DNA of 64,000 bases. Origin: Eledone cirrhosa. Its lineage: Eukaryota. The translations under genes were made by a program, and so were the position numbers. The notes beneath the pieces are model-generated. The model was not told where the DNA came from. It saw nothing but the letters and a program-made list of their open reading frames with translations, and searched no databases. Where the stretch lies: NCBI GenBank assembly GCA_964016885.1, contig OZ024741.1, positions 277,450,001 to 277,514,000 on the forward strand, read 5' to 3'. Positions 32,491 to 44,972 of the stretch are shown piece by piece (the stretch's first letter is position 1; each line of letters opens with the position of its first letter).

Positions 32491-32769
32491 ATGACATGAA
32501 ATTAGAACTGCGGTGCTGTAAATATATTTAATTCTGATGACGTAGTCAGGGGAGGTAAAGCAACCCCCATGACCCAGTTCACGTGAAGCAACGGGAATAA
32601 ATAAAAGTACTTTCTCGTTTCAATATTGATCTCTCGTATAAATATTATTAGATTTATTTCACTACTTTATAGGTTTCGATCTTTATTTTAAAATTGAGAA
32701 AGGGCACTTTCGAAAATGTTCGGTCTATGAGCATGTGTATGTCTGCCTGTATGTATGTTTGCGTGGCTA

Positions 32770-32851
<82 letters not shown>

Positions 32852-32949
32852 TTAAGTGTGCGTGCGCATGACTGTTCGCATGAGTGTGTATATATGTGTG
32901 TATATAGTATGTCTGTATGTATGTATGTTTGCGTGGATAATATATATAT

Positions 32950-32991
<42 letters not shown>

Positions 32992-33297
32992 AAGTGTGCG
33001 TGCGCATGACTGTAAGCAAGAGTGTGTATAAATGTGTGTATATATGTGTGTATATATGTGTGTATATATGTGCGTATACGTGTGTGTGTGTGTATGTGTT
33101 TGATAATGTGTATCTGTCTGTATGTGTATGTGAGCGTGTGGTGTTGGCATTTGAATGTTTATGGGTTTGTGTGATAAAGACAAAAAAATTACACTAAATT
33201 AAGAACTCGTATACTAATCATAAAATCAATATATGTTAACTAGAAATTGATTGACATATATATATATATATTTGATGTGATTTTTATTGTGTTAACA

Positions 33298-33386
33298 CTG
33301 GTCTGAGGATCAGGCAGATTTGGAGTCTGGTCTGGGGGTGCCATCCCAGATCATGAGCCAGCTGCTTGAGACACATTTGTAACCAA
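33298..33386 (+). ncRNA. Hammerhead (family F5), core mutated GAAA>GACA
   Basis: CUGGU-CUGAGGA-UCAGGCAG...CUGCUUGA-GACA-CAUUUG-UA-ACCAA; 8-bp stem II base. Confidence 0.65.
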
Positions 33387-33518
33387 GATTGAGCAATAAA
33401 TCTCCTATGTAATATCACTTTGTTCTTACTATATATACATATATATATATGTGTGTGTGTGTGTGTGCATATATACACACACACATAGGGAGAGGTGCAG
33501 GCACGGGTGAGTGGTTAA

Positions 33519-33706
33519 TGAAAGCTACTTGGTTTTAAGTTCTAGTTAAACTTTAATTAGCTACCTACCTATGTTTATTTTATATATATATATATATAAA
33601 ATAAACATATGAAACAATCACAGGGAATAATTTGTAAAGTGTGTAAGCACACACAGCTAGGTAGGTAACTAATTAAAGTTTAACTAGAACTTAAAACCAA
33701 GTAGCT
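33519..33706. repeat. Inverted repeat (~50-bp arms)
   Basis: agctacttggttttaagttctagttaaactttaattag.tacctaccta and its reverse complement. Confidence 0.75.
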
Positions 33707-33726
33707 AGGAAGCGAAGCGAATTCAT

Positions 33727-33759
<33 letters not shown>

Positions 33760-33917
33760 CAATCAATTTCTAGTTGATATAAAATGCTCGGATCTATTCA
33801 TTGGAATCTTTGAGCATATTCTACAGTGGATATGGCGCATGTCTCTCAGACATGACACCCTTAATTTAATTTTGGATATATAATATATGTTATTAATAAT
33901 TACTGTTATGGAAGTAG

Positions 33918-34098
33918 AATGGCGGAATTGGTACAGCGCCGGAAAACAGGATGTTCTGAGTTCAAATTTCATCAAGGTTAGTTTTGCCTTTCATCCTTAC
34001 GGGGGTCGATAAAATAAAGTACCAGTAATGCACTGGCGTCAATTTAATCGACTACCCCCTTCAAATTGCTGGCTTTGCGTCAAAACTAGAAACAATTA
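33918..34098 (+). mobile_element. SINE-1 variant
   Basis: ggcggaattgg...ctgagttcaaatt...gcctttcatccttacgggggtcgataaaataaagtaccag. Confidence 0.75.
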
Positions 34099-34544
34099 AT
34101 AGTCATTGATTATTATTACGTTTTTCAAAACAGTCTGTTTTATAAAGCCAGTAGCTTCGGCGAATGTTCTGATTAAACGGCCACTAATAATAGCAAATAG
34201 TATACATGTCTGTGTGCATATATGTATAGGTGTGTGTATGTGTGTGTGTGTGTGTTCATTATTTTACTAGATTTAATATAATGACCATGCTGAAGCACCG
34301 TCATGATTTAATTGACCATATCAACTTCAGTACATTTATTCAAGCCTGCTTCTCGTCTTATTTTATCGATCTGTCTCTTGACCAACCGCTGTTATGGGAC
34401 ATAAACGCAGACACAAACACAAACACAAACTTAAACATGAACACGAACACCTAAAACCAAGTAGCTACGAAGGTAATTCATTAACCACCCACCCGTGCCT
34501 GCACCTCTCTCTATGCGTGTGTGTGTATATGCACTCACACACAC

Positions 34545-34584
<40 letters not shown>

Positions 34585-34629
34585 TAAAATACAAATATTA
34601 ATAAAATAGATGTTCTTGTGATCAATAAA

Positions 34630-34682
34630 ATTTTATTATACATATTTCAGAGGTACAACAGAACGTCCTCATCAGATAAAAT
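34630..34682 (-). ncRNA. Minimal hammerhead (family F6)
   Basis: AUUUUAU-CUGAUGA-ggacguucuguuguaccucu-GAAA-UAUGUA-UA-AUAAAAU; relative of 37923-37988; stem II weak. Confidence 0.6.
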
Positions 34683-34860
34683 AAAATGATACATGACATA
34701 CCCTGAGATGTTAAATGATTAAGATTATTCAAGGTAGTATTTTATTAATATTTGTATTTTAATATTAATAACTCTGGAAAATATTTTTTACTGTAGAGTG
34801 CTTCCAATCTACTGTAAAACTCATTCTTTGATGTACTCATTGAATCTTATTTAACTCTTT

Positions 34861-34963
<103 letters not shown>

Positions 34964-35003
34964 AGAACAAAGTGATATTACATAGGAGATTTATTGCTCA
35001 ATC

Positions 35004-35092
35004 CTGGTTACAAATGTTTCTCAAGCAGCTGGCTCATGATCTGGGATGGCACCCCCAGACCAGACTCCAAATCTGCCTGATCCTCAGACTAG
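35004..35092 (-). ncRNA. Hammerhead (family F5), intact core
   Basis: CUAGU-CUGAGGA-UCAGGCAG...CUGCUUGA-GAAA-CAUUUG-UA-ACCAG. Confidence 0.75.
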
Positions 35093-35287
35093 TGTTAACA
35101 CAATAAAAATCGCATCAAATATGTGGACGAACCAGAAAAAACAAATAAGCATATAGAATGACCAAACACGGGCCTAGAATTCAACGGACGCTCTTATTCC
35201 GAGCATTACAAGAAAAAACCGTTATAAACAAAAATATATACATATATTTATTGACATTGCATATATATATATATATATATATATATA

Positions 35288-35462
35288 AAGAAAAAGGGAT
35301 GAAATCGAAAATGCAACTGAAGTCTTATTTTTTTTAAAAATATATATATATTTTTTAAAAAAATAAGACTTCAGTTGCATTTTCGATTTCATCCCTTTTT
35401 CTTTATACTTCCACTCGTGTAGGACACCTCGGTTATTTTTCATTTTGTAAAAAAAACCTCAC

Positions 35463-35470
<8 letters not shown>
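35288..35470. mobile_element. Fold-back element (family F7)
   Basis: gatgaaatcgaaaatgcaactgaagtcttatt arms; homolog at 55244-55497. Confidence 0.65.
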
Positions 35471-35513
<43 letters not shown>

Positions 35514-35516
<3 letters not shown>

Positions 35517-35703
35517 CGAAGGAAATGTGGTAAGGAACCAGGTGGACCATAACGCACCAAAGTACTCAATACTTAGGGTAGTAGAGTAGGTAATAGGAAC
35601 AAGTAAGACCCCGACGGCTGAGCTCAAGCCGTTTCGACGGCTAATTCAGTCCAGAATTAGCCGTCGAAACGGCTTGAGCTCAGCCGTCGGGGTCTTACTT
35701 GTT

Positions 35704-35708
<5 letters not shown>
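35514..35708 (-). mobile_element. F1 fold-back with hammerhead 3' half
   Basis: Arms 35594-35708; apex gacggctaattc-agtcca-gaattagccgtc directly before GAAA. Confidence 0.75.
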
Positions 35709-35787
<79 letters not shown>

Positions 35788-35963
35788 TTGATAAAAAGAA
35801 AATCCAGAGATCGTAATTTTATCATTCCGAGGAAATAGCAATGTAAACCCAGACTTAATTAAGAAAACACCACAAAATCCATCGATAATCCGGTTGGATT
35901 AAAAAAATAATCGTATGAAATCGAGACACCCGAATTCTTTGGTAGTATATTCTCGTATATATA

Positions 35964-36005
<42 letters not shown>

Positions 36006-36018
36006 TTAATATAGATGA

Positions 36019-36067
36019 GATTCTACAGGACTAGAACTGTTTCATTCATTAGAAATCATCAGGAATC
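36019..36067 (-). ncRNA. Hammerhead (family F2) inside a perfect 62-bp-arm palindrome (36003-36127); mirror copy on plus from 36063
   Basis: GAUUC-CUGAUGA-UUUCuaauGAAU-GAAA-CAGuucuagucCUG-UA-GAAUC. Confidence 0.8.
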
Positions 36068-36195
36068 CTGATGATTTCTAATGAATGAAACAGTTCTAGT
36101 CCTGTAGAATCTCATCTATATTAAAACTTTTATACTCTGCTATGTATTGAGTACCTTACTTACTGTGGTTACCTCCGATTCAACCCGGAATAACG

Positions 36196-36245
<50 letters not shown>

Positions 36246-36277
36246 CATATATACATATATATATGTAAATGCGTATG

Positions 36278-36314
<37 letters not shown>

Positions 36315-36371
36315 AAGTATGCTTGTATATATGTATGTGCGTATGCATATGAATGTATGTCATGTATGTAA

Positions 36372-36431
<60 letters not shown>

Positions 36432-36596
36432 GATAACAAAATATCGTTATAGGTAATCCAGTTAGAGGTTGTGAATAATTCTTATTATGGATAGTTTTAG
36501 CGTACGGCGTTGTTTGACTCAACAAGGGGTTCCGTAGATGGCGAGTTTGTGATTTAACTTGTATTCCTATGTAAGTTTATCTTGTAGTAATAATAT

Positions 36597-36768
36597 TGAA
36601 AGAGTGAAAAATAACATGGTCAACAGTACAAAAAAGGTTTTTATTTTACAGTCTAACAATTGTTTCACTGATTAAGTTGTCTAAAAACTGCTTAATCATT
36701 GAAACAATTATTAGATTGTAAATAAAAACCTTTTTTGTACTGTTGACCATGTTATTCTTCACTCTTTC
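36597..36768. mobile_element. Fold-back of the 342-506 family (hammerhead 3' half GAAACAAUUGUU)
   Basis: gaaagagtgaaaaataacatggtcaacagtacaaaaaagg arms; nearly identical to 342-430. Confidence 0.7.
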
Positions 36769-36791
36769 TATAGATATATAGATATATATAG

Positions 36792-36875
<84 letters not shown>

Positions 36876-37203
36876 GGGGTAACAAGTAATAGTTAAATGT
36901 AGTCCACTTAGGTATAGTCCAGTTATGGTATTCCAGGTAGTGGATGATAATAACGCTTGGCTTGGTTTGACTCAACAAAGCGTTTTCATAGTGATGCTGC
37001 GGGTATGCTGTAATTCCTATGTTGTAAACACTTGGAGTAATAATAAATCAGGAAAGAAGGTTGACATTGATCAGGGTCTCCTCAAATAATTTATTAATAG
37101 CATTGTTGTAATTGTTGTTATTCTTCTAACTGAATGCCATTACTACTTCATATAGTAGCCTGTATATTCTTTTCTTGCCTGTGTATTCTCTTCATTCTCG
37201 CAT

Positions 37204-37309
37204 GCTCCGAAGAACTGACTGGTTATAATTTTGTATTGGCGATCGAGTAACGTGAAAATAAGCGAATAGCGATCTCTAGACCTACCAGTTCAGAGAAACA
37301 ATTGTCAGC
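37204..37309 (+). ncRNA. Hammerhead-like motif with core variant CCGAAGA and long stem II
   Basis: GCU-CCGAAGA-aCUGACUGG...CCAGuUCAGa-GAAA-CAAUUG-UC-AGC; lies inside an element with terminal inverted aaatcaggaaagaaggttgacat (37045-37367). Confidence 0.5.
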
Positions 37310-37362
37310 TCTGAGATTAAAAACCTTTTTTGTATAGCAAACCATGTCAACCTTCTTTCCTG

Positions 37363-37460
<98 letters not shown>

Positions 37461-37922
37461 TAGTTGTATGTGTTGGGTGACTGGATAAGTGGGATTAAAG
37501 CCTGATTATATTTAGGTAACTAGGGTTGCTAGGAGCGGAGTATTCTTCTAAATTCCCAAAGCCGAACTAAATACAAGGGAAACACCAAAACAAGAATATC
37601 TGGCTTAGTTAAATTTGGAACATATTTTGACAAGAAGTTGCTGTTGATAGTCTTTCTGTGAGACTCTATGGTGGTGGTATTACTGAAATTGGATAGAATA
37701 ATGAACACAGACTTGTTGTGTGAGTGTGTGTGTGTGTGTGTGTGTCTGTGTCTGTGTGTTTGTGTCTGTGTATGTCTGTGTATATATACATATACGCACA
37801 CACACGCATATATATGTATGTATGTATCTATGTATGTATGAATGAATGAATGTATATATATATAGAGATATATATATATACAATATATTAATAAATGGAA
37901 ACTATATTTATAAAACCATATT

Positions 37923-37988
37923 TATTTTATTATACATATTTCAAGGGCAACCAAGGCAAATTATGGTGCGCTTTCATCAGATAAAATA
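37923..37988 (-). ncRNA. Hammerhead in the 3' pLTR region of the Penelope fragment
   Basis: UAUUUUAU-CUGAUGA-AAGcGCACC..GGuUGCcCUU-GAAA-UAUGUA-UA-AUAAAAUA; 8-bp stem I; same strand as and downstream of the PLE ORF. Confidence 0.75.
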
Positions 37989-38689
37989 CAGATTTGTTTT
38001 ATAAATAAATATTGACATACCCGGAAAAAAAAAGACAACCTTAACGGTTGGAGTTTCCTGGATAATGGAGATAGTACATTTATTGAGGGTGATACAAAGT
38101 TATGAGTGAGTATGCAAATGAGTGTCCGAAAGCTTGAAAAGATAACGGTTTATTTAAATTAAACTGTTGGAAGAAGATGATATGTAAGGGAGAGAGAAAA
38201 AAAATTAAAAAATAAAAAAGAAAAGAGAAAGATAGAAGAGGAAAGAAAGAACGATTATAAATATTGATAGTGAAATAGAGTGCATGAAGAGATAAGTTTC
38301 AAAGGATAAATATACACAGCGTAAGTATATCTAAGTGAGAGAAGAAATGAGATTAACGTGGAAGAATAATATTTATAATGCAGGATTCATTACGTTTTGA
38401 TTATAATGATAGGTTGAAAAATTAGATTAAAATTAAATTAAAATTAAAAATTAGAAAACAAAATTAAAGATTAAAATTTACCTTAATATTAAATATTTTA
38501 TTTAATAATTTAATATTAATAATTAGTTTAAAGGTGTATGTTAAGGATTATAAATTATTTAAATAAATATATAGTATTAATATAATTATAATAGAAAACC
38601 TTACACTAACTCGAAAACCAAAAGAAAAAATAGAACTAGAAATATATTATGGTTCGCTAGAAATATATTATGGTTCGCAAGCCGACATA

Positions 38690-39597
38690 GTTAAAGGAGT
38701 TTTCATTTGTTTTGACATTACAATTGTATACTATATTTTAAAGTAAACAATTATTATTTAGAGGACAGTTAGATTTATTTCTACAATTACATTTATCTAA
38801 ATTTATATTATTGGGAGCCGTAACATGCTATTCTGGTTAGGTTTTAAGTTTCTATTATTAATTCTATTAATATTCTGCGCTAAATTCATAGTGGTAGAAT
38901 ATGAGAGTTTAATATTATGTCTATTAAAGATTGAGTAATACATGTGTGTCTTAGGAAAGCACCTATCTAGAGCTTTAAAGAATAATTTAGCAATAGGAGT
39001 TTTAATACTTAATGAGAAAGGGGCAGCGAACCATAATATATTTCTAGTTCTATTTTTTCTTTTGGTTTTCGAGTTAGTGTAAGGTTTTCTATTATAATTA
39101 TATTTATAGTTATGGTTAATTGGCACATCCTTATTGTCAATGTATTTAATTTCATTACTATAGCCTGCTCTACCTAACGCTTCGTTATAATATTGTGCCT
39201 TATCTTCAAATATATTTTTATTCGGTGAAATTCTAGAAATACGTTGCTGCACAGAATTTACAATAGTGTTTTTAACCGATCTGGGGTGATTGGAATTAAA
39301 GTTAACATAGTTTAAATTCTCGTTTATTTTATGAAATGGATAATAAAGACCAGTGTTAAGGTTTAAAGTTACATCTAAAAAATTAACTATTTTATAATTA
39401 TTCTCTACTTCTACTTTAAGATTAAGGCAATTAAAAAGTTGTATAATTTCTTTTCTTTTCCTATTTATTTCACAATTATTAATATTTTCTATAAGTAATA
39501 GCATATCGTCACGATATAAACCACCGATCATCTCCGGTATTTTCCTATGTAAAGTATTGTTAATAAAAAGCGCCACAAGATCCGTTAATTGCGCCGA
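38690..39597 (-). pseudogene. Penelope-like RT C-half (YRDD) + thumb + start of GIY-YIG
   Basis: GAQLTDLVALF, GLYRDDML, VNFLDVTLNL, YVNFNSNHP, WFAAPFS, KLSYST; frameshifted CNCRNKSNCPLNNNC..IVY. Confidence 0.88.
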
Positions 39598-42500
39598 GCG
39601 TCTTCCCTGGGTGTGAGTTTTTGATTATCATACAGGGAATATCTCTCAAGGAGTTCCTTCCCAACTCTCATGATCTTATCTGTTTCATGCAGATAGACTT
39701 GCTCGAGAAACGGGCACCTACGCTTCGAGGTTCGTAGATGTTGTCGGAGAGATATGATGCGACATTCAAATGCTGTCTGGACTGATGTTAGGCCTCTGCC
39801 TCCCTGCTTACGTTTCAAGTAAAGGCGGTCTATGTCACTGTTGGTGTGGAAGTTTCCGGTGTTGTTCAGTATTTTTCGAGTTCCAACATCAACTGCTCGG
39901 ATTTCGTCTATCGTCCAATTGAGTATTCCAAACGTTGGTGTTAGGACAGGCACAGCAAACACATTGTGAGCCACTGTTATGTTTTGCGCAGAGAGTTCCG
40001 ATGACCAGATCTTTCTTAATCGGGTGTAGTATTCCCTGGTTACGCGTTCTTTATTACAGATACCATTATAGGATATGTTCTCATCTATCCCCAGGTATCT
40101 GTAGCAGTCCTCATCAGTTATCGGTGAAATATGTTAGGCCATTGATGACAATGTTGCTATCCCCGCTTTACAGTCATGTATGAGCATTTATTTTGGCCAA
40201 ACTCCATCCCTATATCCTTTGACAACGTTGTAACCAGGTCAAGATTTTTCTTCATCCCATCCATGTTCTTGGCATAGAGTTTCAGATCGTCCACAAAGAA
40301 ATTATGGGTTAGGTTCGTATTTCTGTCCTCCTGTGAGCCAATGATGTATCCCTCACATTTCTTGAGCAGAAAGGACAAGGGGTTTAATGACAAGATGAAT
40401 AATATCACAGAGAGACTGTCCCCCTGAAATATACCCCCGCAATATTTTATTTTATCAGTGAAAATAGAGTCCTCCCTCTCTGTCTTTAACCTTAGGATAG
40501 TAGCCCAAGAAGAAGACAGCCTCTCTATGGCTCTGACAATAATGTCTGGGACTTTAGCAAGTTGGAGGGCCTCTATCATCCAAGAGTGGGGAACAGAATC
40601 GAAAGCTTTCCTGTAGTCCAGCCAGACTGTAGTCATATTCCTCCTAAGTTGTCGCACCTCCGACATCGCAGTTTTGTTGATTATGAGTTGTTCAGCACAT
40701 CCCCAAATCCCTTTCTTTCCAGCTGCTTGTTCATCTGTGATGATGTTATTATTTTCACAGTGATCTTGGAGGAATAGGTTCAGGCAGGCTGTATACATCT
40801 TATACATCAGGTTCTTGCATGCAATGGGTCGGTAGTTTTTTGCCAAGTGGGTGTCTTTGTTCTTGGGGACCAGTAACGTTTGTGCTAATGTGAACCATTC
40901 TAGTATAAGTGTATCTCCCTTAAGAACTTGTTGGTAGAGTCAGTAAGATACCTCCGATAGAATATTAGTTTTTTGTACCAGTAGCCAACAATCATGTCTC
41001 TTCCTGGTATTTTCTTATCTTGGAGTTTTCCTATCAGTCTCAAAGGTACCCTCACTTATTTCGTATGTTTTTGTTGTAGTGTAGGAGCAATAGTTCTTTC
41101 GGATTTCTCTTAGCCACACTGCATCTTGGTTGAAATTCTTCTTTTCACCCCATATTTTTCTCCAAAAGGAATCTATGTCTTTCTGGGATTGGGCCTCAGT
41201 GACACTTATTATTTTGCCCTTCATATCTCTATAGACTGATGTTTGGTTTCGTCTGAATCTTTTATTAAGCACTTTTCTCTCATCTACCTTCTTCGGGTAA
41301 CGGCGTTTTTCGCTAACAGCTCACAATTCTTGTTTGAGGGTGATCAGCTTATATTGGAGAGTTCTGGTTCTACTGTTACCAAACATCGTCTCTATTTTAT
41401 TTTTCCCTCTTTGTTGGTGAGGAGTGAGGTTTTTTTGTGTTTGTTTGCATGTAAGGAGCATTGTCACATATCCTATGTTTTTTCGTAGGTCAGCCCTCTT
41501 TTTTTCTATTTTAGTTATATATGATGGTATTTTTGGTGGTGTTTTGTTCTTGTTAATATCTCTGCTATCACCAACATAATGCTTCACTGTCATTGCTAAG
41601 CCATATAAACAGGCGTTGATTTGCAAAATGTTGGGGTTTTTATCCGTCGTAAATATTCATCCCCTATTTCGTCAAAAATACGTAGTATTTCATTATTTTG
41701 TTTTTTATTCAACATTGTCGTTTTAACACGTTCAGCAAGAGAGATATTTATACATGAATTAATTTCTCTCTGGAAGATTTCGTTGAGGGAAATTTTCAAT
41801 TGTTTATACTTTTGATTATCATTATCGATAGTATTTTCCACACAGTCGAAGTAGAAACGGATGATACACGTGGTGTCACATTATTCGATTATTATTATTA
41901 TTTCTTCGATTATTATTATTATCGATAGTGTTTTCCCCAGCATTCGAGGTAGACTTAGGTGGTGTCAAGTTTCTTACAGGCATTGTTGTTTCAAGGTGCT
42001 GTTCGACCTGGCTGCTAGGAAGTCTAGTAGCATGGCGACCTGTAGTACGTGTTGTTGATAACATGTTTATTGTGAGGGACTTACAATTAATAATATTTAT
42101 CTTATTTTTACGTTCAACAAACGTCGCTTGTTGGCGTAATTGTTTCGCTGTGAAATAATTTAGCTCTGGGTTCATTTCGTCCCAGTGTAGCTTCATTCTA
42201 TTCATAAAGCCAATGGAGGGATTGTTTTTTGCCATTTTATAACAAATAAATCATTATTAAGTTCGCAACTCCAAGAGAAATGCGATTTATAATTTCGGTT
42301 TCTTCTGTAGCTACAACTGAATAAAGTTTGATTACCTTCTTTGTTATTTGTCTTCGGTACTTCCTTAATTTGTTTGTTGATGTTGTGTTCAGCCATGCTG
42401 TTTGTAGCAAATCCTTGTAAAATGAATTATGTATTTAGTCGGATATCTCTACGAATTCGAATAAAAGGTGTCTTCAGAAGGGATAGTTAGAAGAATAACC

Positions 42501-42611
42501 AGTTATTCAACCTGACTGTAGTTGTGGCATTACTGTCGGAGATAGTATTTATCTTAAATTTAATAAATAGTCTCCCACGCCAAAATATGCGACTGATCGC
42601 GTTGACTGTCT
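39598..42611 (-). mobile_element. R4/Dong-type family A LINE, 5' two-thirds (N-terminus + RT), decayed and lacking its 3' end
   Basis: NYRPIAC, WLDYRKAFDSVPH, GIFQGDSLS, FFVDDLKLY, FGQNKC, VPVLTPTFG, RLYLKRKQGGRGL; 5' flank (TATG)n on plus. Confidence 0.9.
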
Positions 42612-42660
42612 AGTATGTCTATGTATGTATGTCAGCGTTGACTGTCTTGTATGTATGTGT

Positions 42661-43712
42661 TATCTCTTTCTCTTAATTTCGAGTATATTTTTTTTGACCG
42701 GCCACTATCCTGGTGGCAAGGTTATAAAAGAAAAGAAATTGTCATCTCTTGAATCGCAAGAATGTTTTGCAAATTTTGAAGCTGCCAGCTATCGCAGCCA
42801 TTTGTAGACTATGAATTAGGGAGCTGCGCTTTTTGTCCGCAAATCCAAGTTCAGTCATACTTTGGTCCAAGCGGGTTGGTATATAACCCGTAGATCCAAT
42901 AATGATGGGTATGAAGCTAAAGGTGTATCTTGGATACTGGATTTGTAAACTCCTCATCAATGGTCCGTAGATGTCCTCCTTCTCCTGTATTTTTCTGACA
43001 ACGTTTACATCAAGTGGGCAGCTGATCTCCACAACAGAACACCTTTTCAATGTGTGGTCCCAAACAACAATATCAGGCCGGTTGTGCTTTAATTTGGTGG
43101 CAGTTTTTATTTTCAGGTTCCACCAGTATTCCTTAGTGCCATCTGTCTCAATATATTCTTCCTCGTTTGTTGTTAATTTTGTTTTCCGAAGTGCGTTCCA
43201 GATGGTTCTAGCTATCCCATCGTGTCTCATGGGGAGGAAGTAGCGAGATGACATTCTTTCGCAGCTGGCAACAATGTGGCTTACATCTTCGATCTTTGTT
43301 TTACATAGCCTACATTTATTGTCAGCTGATCGCCCTCCTCTTTTGTGCAGCAGATATTTGGTAGGGAGTTCTTGTTCCTGTATTGCATAGAGATATCCCT
43401 CAAGGTTTGATGTCATAAACTTGTCGGAACTCCATGCCAGGCTTTTTGAGTGGTTTATCCCCTCTATGGTCTGTGTTTTACACCTCAAGTATCCATGCAC
43501 AACTTTTTCTGTAAATTGGTCAATTTTTTTATCTTGTTTGAACATTGAATAGCATCTTCCGATTTCTCTGGGTGAGAGATTTATATCAGGCTTTATTCCA
43601 TATCTCTCCTCCAGATCAGTCGCTATTCTAATGATATTTCTTTTTTCATGCTCATAAACCTGGGCAAGATGGTTGCCAACCTTTTTCCTCTGTTGAAGGT
43701 GTTGCTTCGGTG

Positions 43713-43715
<3 letters not shown>
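42661..43715 (-). mobile_element. R4/Dong-type family B 3' part (CCHC + RLE)
   Basis: CRLCKTKIEDVSHIVASC, RHD, RPDIVVWD..VVEISCP. Confidence 0.88.
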
Positions 43716-43743
<28 letters not shown>

Positions 43744-43763
43744 CATACATACATACATACATA

Positions 43764-44190
43764 CATGGTGGTGGCTGCCAACTCGTTTTCGAGTACGGCC
43801 ACTACTTTATATCCATATAGGAGAACCGCTACCGATGCGCTGAACGAGTGTGACCTTTTAGTCCAGCCAGCGACTTGAAAACTCTGGTACAAACACTACA
43901 CTTGTGACAAATATTGACACATAGTGCTGGGCCCATGTTACCCTGTGACGACAAGTGCAGAGAGATTTCCAGATATAAAGCAATGCCTGTGCCGTGAAGC
44001 TTTTATAGTGAGCAAAGGCACTGCACAAAGCCAGTCCCACTCTCTTAACCAAGATGATATTTACCAAAAAGAAGAACAAGTCAACATCATTGGATACCAT
44101 CAGAGTTGCAGGTGTTACATCAGAGTTTTCCTTCTCCTAGAATTCTGCCTTGACAAAGGCTAAGGGGTCATCTCTCCCGGTGATTTTTGA
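43764..44190 (-). mobile_element. Element X, 5'-truncated
   Basis: Same 3' end as the 46442 and 51246 copies; (CATA)n on both sides. Confidence 0.8.
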
Positions 44191-44400
44191 TACATACATA
44201 CATACATACAAACTTTGTGAAATTATAAAATCAGAAGAACATACATACATACATACTATGTATGTATGTATGTATGTATGTATGTATGTATGTATGTATG
44301 TATGTATGTATGTATGTATGCATGTATGTATGTATGTATGCATGTATGTATGCATGTATGTATGTATGTATGTATGTATGTATGTATGTATGTATGTATG

Positions 44401-44949
44401 TTATTCTGCTTTTATAATTTCACAAAGTTTTCCCAATAGAGAGAGTCGGTTTCTAACATAGACACAAGACTCTCTCATTGGAATTTACACATCAACTAGG
44501 TAGATATGTATGTATGTCTGCATGTGTAGATATGGATGTTATTGTATGTGTGGATGTGTATGTTTTGAGTTGTATGTGTGCATGTGTATATGCTTTGTAT
44601 CTGTACATGTGTATATGCAGTTATTAGATTTAGTTTTACATATTTTTACTGTTCCATTAATGGATTGTACTTGTAATTACTTAACTAATTCTGTTCTTTC
44701 TGTTCCTGTGAAGCCTAGCTTCTCAAGATTTGTATTGAGGCAGTTACTAACATATCCCAGTGCCCCAATAATCACAGGCATAAATCTAAAGGTGTAATCA
44801 GGGTGTAGTATCTGCATATTTCTCATCAGTTCTGCATAAATATTCTCCTTTTCACTAATCTTTGATATTATATTGGATCTGCTGGGCAGCTAATTTCCAC
44901 TACTGTGCATGCTTTCGTCTCAGTGTCTCATATCATAATATCTGGTCTT
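44401..44949 (-). mobile_element. R4 family A 3' end (a 30-bp plus-strand terminus also at 44210-44240)
   Basis: Reverse complement of 29290-29850; (TATG)n on both sides. Confidence 0.82.
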
Positions 44950-44972
44950 ATGTATGTATGTATGTATGTATG

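Noticed and set aside
32531-32600. CTGATGA..GAAG hammerhead-like text
   Set aside because: GAAG core and no stem III/stem I pairing
43858-44163. 79-80-aa ORFs conserved across element X copies
   Set aside because: Conservation reflects recent copy identity; non-ATG or weak starts and no domain
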